Shown here piece by piece: positions 25,112 through 32,975 of a stretch of 47,628 nt of DNA. Position numbers and translations under genes: made by a program. The stretch is from Verrucomicrobiota bacterium (GTDB taxonomy: Bacteria > Verrucomicrobiota > Verrucomicrobiia > Chthoniobacterales > Chthoniobacteraceae). How positions within the stretch are numbered: position 1 is the first letter of the stretch; the number at the start of each line of letters is the position of its first letter. The notes below the pieces were generated by a model, which did not search any database, had not been told where the DNA came from, and worked only from the letters and a program-made list of their open reading frames with translations. The stretch covers positions 1 through 47,628 of the forward strand of contig JBAXSN010000001.1 in NCBI GenBank assembly GCA_037130675.1. Direction: 5' to 3'.

Positions 25112-26767
25112 ATGCACCCCGACCTTGTGATGACCGCCCAAGCCTTCGCCCGGGTATTCGCCCGTTCTGGAGACTTGCGCCGGGCTGCCGCTCCTGAATT
25201 TCGACACGGCGGGCCGGTCTTGTGGGCCGGCTTCGCGGTTCTCTTGCTTGGGGCCCTCGCCCTGGAGATTTTGTGGGTGGTGCCTGCGCGCTACTATTTA
25301 TTGATCCAGACCGCGACCCGGCAGGAGGCGAGGCGTGCCGCCCAGCGGGGAGTGGATCGGGCGGTGGCAGAGCTTAATTTGGCCGGGGGCGATTTTTCCG
25401 CTTACGCATGGGATGCCGCCGGGTGGACCCAGCGAGAGAGTCCATCGAATGCCCCGGCTTCGGGCGCATCTTTGCGCCGGGTGCCAGACCCTGAGAATGC
25501 AACGGGCGATGCACCCGCAAGTGGCGTGAAGCCGCTATTGCTCGCGGGTTGCGAAATCACGCCCATTATCGGCCTGTCCGCTCAAGCGAACATTGAGCTT
25601 TCCGCCGTTTATCCCGATCCCGAACCCGACCACAACGGCAATGTTATTTTTCGAATCCGATCCGAGGGGGTGTCCGAAATTGCCGAGCCGCGCTGGGCTC
25701 GGGCGAATCGCCTGGAGTTAGCGCTTCGCCGGGTCATTGCTTTGAACTTGCGCCAAACCTTGGCGACGAATTTCCATGGTTTTGAAAACTGGACCATGCC
25801 ACTGGCGCAGGTTGCCGAAGCGTTGGTGAAACCTTCCAAGCTCAGCGCTTTAGCCTTGGTGGCTCAGGAGGAGGTGGTGCTAGGGAGCAGCCCAGGATGG
25901 AACATGGACAGTTACGATTCCCGGGACTCGGGGAAATCGGCTCCGAATCCCGCCATGCCCGGCGTCATCGGCTGCGGCACCTATCCCGGCGAAGGAAGCC
26001 CTGGAGTTCAGAGCCACTGCGCCATTGCAACGAATGGGCAGCAGGTGAAGGCAAATGGCGCGATCATCAAGGGAACCATCAGCACGCATGAAGGCGCGGT
26101 CACTGATTCTCAAAACGTCACCGGCTCGATCCGCAGCGATTTTAGCCGCGAACTGCCGCCGCCACTCCGGCCTTCGGTGAAGCAGTTTCAGATAAATCCG
26201 GACTATCGGAATGGCGCGCCCTTTCCCTCCGGTGGGAGCGCCCTCGATCCGTTTTATTATCGGATCGCGGGCGAGCTTGGGAGCTTCAGCGTTGCCCCGC
26301 CTTCTTCAGGTGCAAAACGGGGTTATGTGACCATTTTTGTGGATGGCGCGCTGAAACTGGGCGGAAGCGGCAAGGCATATTTGATCGTACCGCCGGGAGT
26401 GATCTGCAAGCTTTACGTTCGGGACGACATCGACTTCGGCGAGGGATTGGTCAACACCACGGAACCCAGCTCGCGGATGCCGGCTCAACTCATCGTGAAC
26501 GGAGAAAGAACGCTGGATCGGAATGGCTCAGTAATCCCGAAGAAATTGGTGGCGACGGGTTCGGCTGCCATCGCGGCGGTTCTTAACGCTCCCGATTACG
26601 AAGTTTGCGTCCCGGGTTTGGCGGAATGGTATGGGTCCATCATTGCCCGAAAATACACCGTCATCGGACGTGGCAACGGCGGGTTTCATTACGACGAAGC
26701 GTTGGATGCTTTTGGGAAAATCGAAGAGTTCCGGATCACCCAATATAAAGAAATCGAGCCGAAGTAG
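25112..26767 (+). CDS. Hypothetical N-terminally membrane-anchored protein (PilX/TadG-like flavour)
   Basis: 551 aa. One N-terminal hydrophobic helix (GPVLWAGFAVLLLGALALEILWVV), then a Gly/Pro-rich extracytoplasmic region ending GGFHYDEAL. The family assignment is from memory only and the start is uncertain. Confidence 0.55.
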   Translation: MHPDLVMTAQAFARVFARSGDLRRAAAPEFRHGGPVLWAGFAVLLLGALALEILWVVPARYYLLIQTATRQEARRAAQRGVDRAVAELNLAGGDFSAYAWDAAGWTQRESPSNAPASGASLRRVPDPENATGDAPASGVKPLLLAGCEITPIIGLSAQANIELSAVYPDPEPDHNGNVIFRIRSEGVSEIAEPRWARANRLELALRRVIALNLRQTLATNFHGFENWTMPLAQVAEALVKPSKLSALALVAQEEVVLGSSPGWNMDSYDSRDSGKSAPNPAMPGVIGCGTYPGEGSPGVQSHCAIATNGQQVKANGAIIKGTISTHEGAVTDSQNVTGSIRSDFSRELPPPLRPSVKQFQINPDYRNGAPFPSGGSALDPFYYRIAGELGSFSVAPPSSGAKRGYVTIFVDGALKLGGSGKAYLIVPPGVICKLYVRDDIDFGEGLVNTTEPSSRMPAQLIVNGERTLDRNGSVIPKKLVATGSAAIAAVLNAPDYEVCVPGLAEWYGSIIARKYTVIGRGNGGFHYDEALDAFGKIEEFRITQYKEIEPK

Positions 26768-26779
26768 CGTTCGATCATT

Positions 26780-26842
26780 CTCCCGCAGAGGCGCTGAGGG
26801 TTTCAGGCTCTATAAATCTCTGTGCCTCAGCGCCTGCGGGAG
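26780..26842. repeat. Long hairpin between convergent genes (degenerate CGCAGAGGCGC family)
   Basis: CTCCCGCAGAGGCGCTGAGG (26780-26799) pairs with CCTCAGCGCCTGCGGGAG (26825-26842), giving 18 bp with a 2-nt bulge. No U-tract on either side. Confidence 0.8.
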
Positions 26843-26856
26843 GCTCTTCTGCTCGA

Positions 26857-27354
26857 TCAATTCCACAATCTCTGCAAGTCGGGGTCGCGCTTGGCGTTCT
26901 TCTTGAACGAGGCGTTGATCTCGATCGCCCTTCGAATGCACTGCCGGGCGGTGCCGATGTCGCCCATCTGCGCCTCGTAGCAGGCGAGATTGTAATGGAG
27001 GATGCCCGTGGCCCGGATCCACTCCGGGGCATCCCGGATTACCTGCACGGCTTCCGTCGGCCTTTCCTGCTGCTTTAAGGCGAAGGCCCGCTGCACCATA
27101 AATTCATTTTCTTCGGGATAAAGGCCGTTCCCCTCGGTCGATAACTCCTCAGCCTGTTTCCAGCGCTTCAGATGAAGCAGGATTCGGATCCGTGCCCGCA
27201 GCACATCGGCGCTCCATTGATCATCCGGCGGAATGGCCTGCAACTCGCTCCAAGCCTCGTCGGGCAACCCCAGGAAAAGATAGCCGTCAGCGGCAACCAA
27301 GGCGCGCTCCACATCCGGCGATCCTTTTCCGGGTTTAGTGGTGAGGTACAACAT
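26857..27354 (-). CDS. TPR-repeat protein
   Basis: 165 aa, helical repeat pattern (W..A...L......P......YNLACYEAQMGDIGTARQCIRRAIEI). A GGAG sits 7 nt upstream of the ATG. Confidence 0.7.
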   Translation of the reverse strand: MLYLTTKPGKGSPDVERALVAADGYLFLGLPDEAWSELQAIPPDDQWSADVLRARIRILLHLKRWKQAEELSTEGNGLYPEENEFMVQRAFALKQQERPTEAVQVIRDAPEWIRATGILHYNLACYEAQMGDIGTARQCIRRAIEINASFKKNAKRDPDLQRLWN

Positions 27355-27633
27355 TAACCTTCTCCAAGAGCGGTCCGTCCCGGCAATTGCGGGGCTTAAA
27401 CTCGGTGAGCAGGTGATCCCAGTGCCATCGGGCGTTCCGCCCTTTGCTGAGTTTCACCGCAATGCATGCCAGGTGAAGGAAACATCGGTGGGCTTTTGTC
27501 ATGGTTCATCCCTCCATTTGAGAGGGCCTCTTACAATGATTACGTGCCGGACGAACCCATGGACGGCATTCTTCAGCAATCTGAGAGTTCGCCTGATGGC
27601 CGTTGGGAGGCTTCAGGAAATGAAAAGCATAAC

Positions 27634-27660
27634 TCCCATTCCTCCCATCAGTCCCATTCC
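27634..27660. repeat. Solo arm of the ATGGGA/TCCCAT family (3 units)
   Basis: TCCCATTCC TCCCATCAG TCCCATTCC, period 9, located 14 nt downstream of the nuoC stop. I saw no partner arm. Confidence 0.75.
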
Positions 27661-27673
27661 GGGACTCCTCTCA

Positions 27674-28234
27674 CTACACCTGCCGGGACCGCGGCTCGCG
27701 ATCGCGGGATGTGGCGGTGCTCGGGACCGTCACAAAAGGTCCGCCTTCAAGCGGTGCTGCCTTCGTGAAGGCCACCTCGGGCACTTCACTCGGCTTGCCG
27801 GCAAGCGGAAAGTCTTTGCGCAAAGGGTGATACGGATAGCCGTCCCACATCAGGATGCGGCGCATATCCGGGTGGCCGGCAAACCGGATGCCCATCATGT
27901 CGAAGGCCTCGCGTTCGTGCCAGTCGGCTCCGGCCCAAACGCCGGAAACGGTGGGAACCTGCAGGTCGTCTTCGGAAGCGGCCACCTTTAGCCGGAGATA
28001 ATGGTTGTCCGTGAATGAATAAAGTTCATAGACCACCTCGAACCGGGGTTCCTCGCCAAAATTGTCCACCGCGGAAAGGTCGATCAGACAATCGAAGCCG
28101 GTCTGCTTGGCATGCGAGCAAATCTCCGCGATTTTTTCGCGATCCACGACGAGCGTGGTTTCTCCCCGGAATTCGGTTTTTTTGAGGACCAAAAACTTTT
28201 CTTCAATGGCGGCTACGGCTTGAGCGAGTGTCAT
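27674..28234 (-). CDS. nuoC: NADH-quinone oxidoreductase subunit C
   Basis: 186 aa. HEREAFDMMGIRFAGHPDMRRIL is a 30-kDa-subunit signature. Confidence 0.9.
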   Translation of the reverse strand: MTLAQAVAAIEEKFLVLKKTEFRGETTLVVDREKIAEICSHAKQTGFDCLIDLSAVDNFGEEPRFEVVYELYSFTDNHYLRLKVAASEDDLQVPTVSGVWAGADWHEREAFDMMGIRFAGHPDMRRILMWDGYPYHPLRKDFPLAGKPSEVPEVAFTKAAPLEGGPFVTVPSTATSRDREPRSRQV

Positions 28235-28255
28235 GGCAGGTGGCTTGCGGAGAGC

Positions 28256-28816
28256 TTACGATTTGAAAGAGTTGATGAACTCGCGCTTTTGTTCAGCAAC
28301 GGAGTTAAAGAACTCGCGCTTTTGTTCGCCGAGCGACTTCTCGGTATCGATCTTTTTCTGGAGCGTCAGCAACCCCTCGATCAGCGCTTCGGGCCGGGGC
28401 GGGCAGCCTGAAATATAGACGTCCACCGGAATGATCTGATCCACTCCCTGGAGCGTGGCATAGCTCCGATACATGCCGCCGCTCGAAGCGCACGCCCCCA
28501 TGGCGATGACCCATTTCGGCTCGGGCATCTGCTCGTAAATCCGTTTTACCGCCATCGCCATTTTGTAAGTGACCGTTCCCGCCACGATCATCAAATCGCT
28601 CTGGCGGGGTGAAAAGCGCATCACCTCCGCGCCGAAACGCGAGATGTCGAAGCGCGAAGAGGCAGTCGCCATCAACTCAATGGCGCAGCACGCCAGGCCC
28701 ATGGGCATGGGCCAGAGCGAGTTCTTGCGCATCCAGTTAATCGCGGCGTCCGCCTGGGTGAAAATCACGTTGCCTTCGATTTTGGAATCGTATGCAACCG
28801 GTGTCAAAGTGGCCAT
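28256..28816 (-). CDS. nuoB: NADH-quinone oxidoreductase subunit B, with a C-terminal 11-aa tandem duplication
   Basis: 186 aa. N2-cluster cysteines are present ([21 protein letters not shown]). The tail is [22 protein letters not shown], encoded by an exact 18-bp repeat at 28277-28294 and 28310-28327. Confidence 0.9.
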   Translation of the reverse strand: MATLTPVAYDSKIEGNVIFTQADAAINWMRKNSLWPMPMGLACCAIELMATASSRFDISRFGAEVMRFSPRQSDLMIVAGTVTYKMAMAVKRIYEQMPEPKWVIAMGACASSGGMYRSYATLQGVDQIIPVDVYISGCPPRPEALIEGLLTLQKKIDTEKSLGEQKREFFNSVAEQKREFINSFKS

Positions 28817-29025
28817 TTGGTAACTTTAGGGACAGCCATTCCCCGGGCAAGCCGAATTTTCGAGAAATGGTGGGCGGCGAATCTCCGGAATGTGCGCTGC
28901 CGTTGCTCTGTAGCGTCGTGAATGGTTAACGCCAGCCAGCCAAACGCCCTGGGGCGGCTGCACGATACGGAAAAAAGATGGGGTCAAATGACCGCGATTG
29001 CGTTACTCTGCGCGTTTTCCATTCC

Positions 29026-30426
29026 ATGGCTATCCGGCTACTCAATACCTACTCCCGCGAACTTGAAGAATTCCGACCGCTCGATCCGGCAGGAAAATTG
29101 GTGAAGTTGTACACCTGCGGCCCGACGGTTTATAACTTCGCTCACATCGGGAATTTCCGGGCTTATATTTTCGAAGATCTCCTCCAACGGCATCTGGAAC
29201 TCCGGGGGTTTCAGGTCAATCGCGTCATGAATTTGACGGATGTGGACGACAAGACGATCCGCGGTTGCCGGGCGGCGGGGTTGCCGCTTCAGGAGTTCAC
29301 GCAACAATTCAAGTCGGCGTTTTTCGAAGATCTGCACACGCTCCGCATCAAGCCGGCGAACGCCTTCCCGGCAGCCACCGATCCGCTCTACATTGCGCGG
29401 ATGATCGAAATGATCGGCTGCCTCCTTGAGCAGGGTTACGCGTACCAGGCGGAGGATCGCTCGGTCTATTTCCGGCTCAGCAAGTTCCCGGATTACGGCA
29501 AACTCGCGCATCTGAACCTGGAGGAACTGCGCCCCAGCGGCCGGATTCGCAATGACGAGTATGAAAAAGAGAGCGTGGGCGATTTCGCTCTCTGGAAGGC
29601 GTGGGACGAAGCCGATGGAGATGTCGCGTGGGAAAGCCCCTGGGGATGCGGGCGACCGGGCTGGCATATCGAGTGCAGCGCGATGGCCACGGCGCTCCTC
29701 GGGCCTGAACTGGATATCCATTGCGGCGGCGTGGACAACATTTTCCCGCATCACGAGGCCGAGATCGCCCAATCGCAATGCTGCACCGGCCACCAGTTCG
29801 TGCGCTATTGGCTGCACTGCGCCCACCTGATGGTGGAAGGCCAGAAGATGTCCAAGTCGCTGGGAAACTTCTACAGCCTGCGCGATCTGATTTCCAAAGG
29901 CTGGAGCGGTCGCGAGATTCGTTACGCGCTGATCGGCGTCCACTACCGGCTGCCTTTGAATTTCACGTTTGAAGGGCTCGCTGGCGCCCGAAGCGCCCTT
30001 TCGCGCATCGACGAATGGGTGGCCCGGCTCACGGAAAAAGCGGGCAGCGAACAATCCGCCTCGGATTTCTCGCTGGCAAAACAGACGCGATTTGAGGAGG
30101 CGCTCGACGAGGACCTAAACATCTCCGGTGCGCTCGGCGTGCTGTTTGATGTAATCCGCGAATCCAACCGTGCGCTCGACCAGGAGGCGCTGAGCCCGGC
30201 GGATGCCCGCGCCCTGCTGCAATGGTGGGAGCGGATCGATGCCGTTTTGGCCTTTCATCGCGACGAAGAAGCCGTGCCGGAGGCTGTTCTCAGTCTCGCG
30301 GAGGAACGCGCCGCGGCCCGCAAGGCAAAGAACTGGGGTCTCAGCGATGAAATCCGCGCCCGGATTGAAGCGTCCGGATGGAATGTCAAAGACACCAAGG
30401 ACGGCCAAAAACTTACCTGTAAATGA
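29026..30426 (+). CDS. cysS: Cysteine--tRNA ligase
   Basis: Start set at MAIRLLNTYSRELEEF (ATG 29026 checked). HIGN and KMSKS motifs present. Confidence 0.93.
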   Translation: MAIRLLNTYSRELEEFRPLDPAGKLVKLYTCGPTVYNFAHIGNFRAYIFEDLLQRHLELRGFQVNRVMNLTDVDDKTIRGCRAAGLPLQEFTQQFKSAFFEDLHTLRIKPANAFPAATDPLYIARMIEMIGCLLEQGYAYQAEDRSVYFRLSKFPDYGKLAHLNLEELRPSGRIRNDEYEKESVGDFALWKAWDEADGDVAWESPWGCGRPGWHIECSAMATALLGPELDIHCGGVDNIFPHHEAEIAQSQCCTGHQFVRYWLHCAHLMVEGQKMSKSLGNFYSLRDLISKGWSGREIRYALIGVHYRLPLNFTFEGLAGARSALSRIDEWVARLTEKAGSEQSASDFSLAKQTRFEEALDEDLNISGALGVLFDVIRESNRALDQEALSPADARALLQWWERIDAVLAFHRDEEAVPEAVLSLAEERAAARKAKNWGLSDEIRARIEASGWNVKDTKDGQKLTCK

Positions 30427-31106
30427 ACATGCCGTTTTCGCCCGCCAATTACCTCGACCTGGAGCACACCGATCATCGGGCCCTCTTTGAGAACGTCCCC
30501 CACGCCTGGGCCCCCCTGAAACAGATCGCCAGCTATTTGCAGTTCCGGCTTAAACCGGCGATTCATGGGCGGCTGATCGGAAAGCCGTTTATCAGTGGCG
30601 CGGTATTCATCGGGCGCGGCACCGTCATCGAACAGGGGGCCATGATCAAAGGCCCCGCGTGGATCGGCGAAGACTGCGAGATTCGCAACGGGTGTTACAT
30701 CCGCGAAAACGTGATCATCGGCAACGGGGCCGTCCTGGGAAACTCGTGCGAGTTCAAGAATTCCATCATTTTCGACGAGGCGCAGATCCCGCACTTCAAC
30801 TATGTCGGGGACTCGATTCTGGGCTACAAGGCCCACCTCGGAGCTGGCGTCATTCTTTCCAATGTGAAGCTCGATCATAGCGAGATCACGGTAGAAGGTC
30901 CCAATGGCCTGGTGGCGACCGGCCTCAAAAAATTCGGGGCCATCGTGGGCGATCGCGCGGAGATCGGCTGCAATAGCGTGCTCAGCCCCGGCTCATTGAT
31001 CGGGCGCGATACTGTGCTCTATCCCGGCAGCCAATGGCGCGGAGTCGCGCCCGAGCTGAGCGTTGTGAAGCTCAAGCAGGCGTTTGAGATCGTGACTCGC
31101 AAATGA
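30423..31106 (+). CDS. Left-handed beta-helix (hexapeptide) transferase resembling the GlmU C-terminal acetyltransferase domain
   Basis: 227 aa. EFKNSIIFDEAQIPHFNYVGDSILG...LGAGVILSN...GAIVGDRAEIGCNSVLSPG. Its start overlaps the cysS stop (ATGA). Confidence 0.75.
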   Translation: MNMPFSPANYLDLEHTDHRALFENVPHAWAPLKQIASYLQFRLKPAIHGRLIGKPFISGAVFIGRGTVIEQGAMIKGPAWIGEDCEIRNGCYIRENVIIGNGAVLGNSCEFKNSIIFDEAQIPHFNYVGDSILGYKAHLGAGVILSNVKLDHSEITVEGPNGLVATGLKKFGAIVGDRAEIGCNSVLSPGSLIGRDTVLYPGSQWRGVAPELSVVKLKQAFEIVTRK

Positions 31107-31224
31107 TCGCCTCGTTATGGAGCTTGGCTCCGCAGCCTTCCCCCGACACCAACCAATCAACTAACATACCAACCAACCCAAGGACCGGCTTGCCGTCGAA
31201 GGGCAAAACGGCTACGTTCTCCAC

Positions 31225-31380
31225 ATGAGCATCACCGAAATCGAAGCCGCCTTGAGCGAGTTGCGCCCGGAGGAGCTTGAACACGTGGAGAAAATCCTTC
31301 TGAAACTGCGGCAGCAAGAGCTTGCCGACGACGAGGAACGGGCTTTGCCGCGATTCCCCGCCGTGCCGGTCCACTGGTGA
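31225..31380 (+). CDS. Putative antitoxin (addiction-module-component-like), 51 aa
   Basis: My own translation: MSITEIEAALSELRPEELEHVEKILLKLRQQELADDEERALPRFPAVPVHW. It is below the ORF-track cutoff and sits 48 nt upstream of the PIN gene. Confidence 0.45.
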   Translation: MSITEIEAALSELRPEELEHVEKILLKLRQQELADDEERALPRFPAVPVHW

Positions 31381-31428
31381 CGACGAACGATGTGCTGCGC
31401 ATCTGCGACGAGGAAGGCATTTAAACTC

Positions 31429-31859
31429 ATGCGTGCCCTTCTGGATGTCAGTGTCCTTGTTGCCCTGCTCGACCGCCAGCATGTTTCGCACCGGAAGGCC
31501 CTCGGCTGGATCGCGCAAAATCTATCGGACGGCTGGGCGTCGTGCCCTTTGACCGAGAACGGGTGTGTTCGCGTGCTCACGAATCCAAAATACCCGACGC
31601 CTGTGGGATTCGAAACAGCCTTGGAAAAGCTCGCCGCCGCCAAGGCCGGGGAACGGCACGAATTTTGGCCGATGACTTATCAATCACCGACGACAGCCAT
31701 TTCGAGAGAACAGCATTTCAAGGGCATCAGCAGATTACGGACGTTTATCTCCTCGCCCTTGCCGTTCGTCGAGGAGGGCGCTTCGTGACGTTCGATCAAA
31801 GAGTGAGCCTGGCTCCCGTGTGCGGAGCAGAGCCTCGCAATATTGTGGTGCTCCAGTAG
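31429..31859 (+). pseudogene. vapC: VapC-type PIN-domain toxin interrupted by a -1-nt frameshift
   Basis: N-terminal half (MRALLDVSVLVALLD...ERHEFWP) is in one frame. C-terminal half (DDLSITDD...GHQQITDVYLLALAVRRGGRFVTFDQR) is in the next frame. The junction is TGG CC|GAT GAC at 31666-31676, just after a T4 run. Confidence 0.65.
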
Positions 31860-31928
31860 GAAGCTTCCCCCATCTTCCCTCGATTGGGTCTTTTCGAGTG
31901 ACCCGGGAGGCGTTACGGTCTGGCATCC

Positions 31929-32960
31929 ATGATCGTTTTAGCCATCGAAACCTCCTGCGACGAAACCGCGGCGGCGGTCCTCTGCTCGGAGCGAGGCCTG
32001 CTGGCCAGCGAAGTCGCTTCGCAAATCGCGATTCACCAAGCCTTCGGAGGGGTGGTGCCAGAAGTGGCGTCGCGCAATCACCTCACACAACTCCGGCCGG
32101 TGATCGAAACGGCGTTGCGACAGGCGAAGATCGGCGTGGAAGAGCTCGACGCAGTAGCCGCAACCGCCGGTCCCGGGCTTGCCACCTCACTGATGATCGG
32201 GACCTCCTCGGCGAAGGGACTTGCGCTGGGATTGAACAAGCCGTTCCTGGCGATCAACCACATGGAGGGTCACCTCGTTTCGCCATTTTTCCCGCAAACT
32301 TCAGAAAGAGGAGAGCCGTCCGCGCAGGATGTGCCCATCGGCCCCGCCGTCGGACTCATCGTCAGCGGCGGGCACACGATGCTGGTCGATATCGAAGCCT
32401 TCGGCCGGTACAAACTTCTGGGACGCACGCATGACGATGCGGCAGGCGAAGCGTTCGACAAAGTGGGTAAACTGCTTGGACTACCCTATCCGGCCGGGCC
32501 GGTTATCGACCGGTTGGCCCGAAGCGGGAATCCGAAACAATTCGATTTTCCGCGCTCGATGATCGGTTCGGGCGACTTCCATTTCAGCTTTAGCGGCTTG
32601 AAAACTTCCGTGCGCTACCTGCTGCCAAAGCTGGCAGGCACCGCCGAGTACCGACTGGAAGACCTCTGCGCCTCTTTTCAAGAAGCCGTCGTGGATGTGC
32701 TGGTGTCGAAAACGATCGCGGCGACGAAATCCGCAGGGCGAACGATGGTGGCCCTGAGCGGCGGAGTGAGTTGCAACAGCCGGCTCCGGGAAAGAATGGC
32801 GCAGGCCTGTGTACGGAACGGGTTGAAACTGCTGGTTGCAGACCCGGCGCTTTGCACCGACAATGCGGCGATGATCGCATTTGTGGCATTGCAAAAGATG
32901 AAAAATAAATCGTATTCATTGCTATCCGCGGACATTGATCCCAATCTCCAGTTAGTGTAA
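31929..32960 (+). CDS. tsaD: tRNA N6-adenosine threonylcarbamoyltransferase
   Basis: 343 aa. ETSCDET N-terminus, HMEGH motif, C-terminal CTDNAAMIA. Confidence 0.93.
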   Translation: MIVLAIETSCDETAAAVLCSERGLLASEVASQIAIHQAFGGVVPEVASRNHLTQLRPVIETALRQAKIGVEELDAVAATAGPGLATSLMIGTSSAKGLALGLNKPFLAINHMEGHLVSPFFPQTSERGEPSAQDVPIGPAVGLIVSGGHTMLVDIEAFGRYKLLGRTHDDAAGEAFDKVGKLLGLPYPAGPVIDRLARSGNPKQFDFPRSMIGSGDFHFSFSGLKTSVRYLLPKLAGTAEYRLEDLCASFQEAVVDVLVSKTIAATKSAGRTMVALSGGVSCNSRLRERMAQACVRNGLKLLVADPALCTDNAAMIAFVALQKMKNKSYSLLSADIDPNLQLV

Positions 32961-32975
32961 GAGTTAGCCGTCCTC

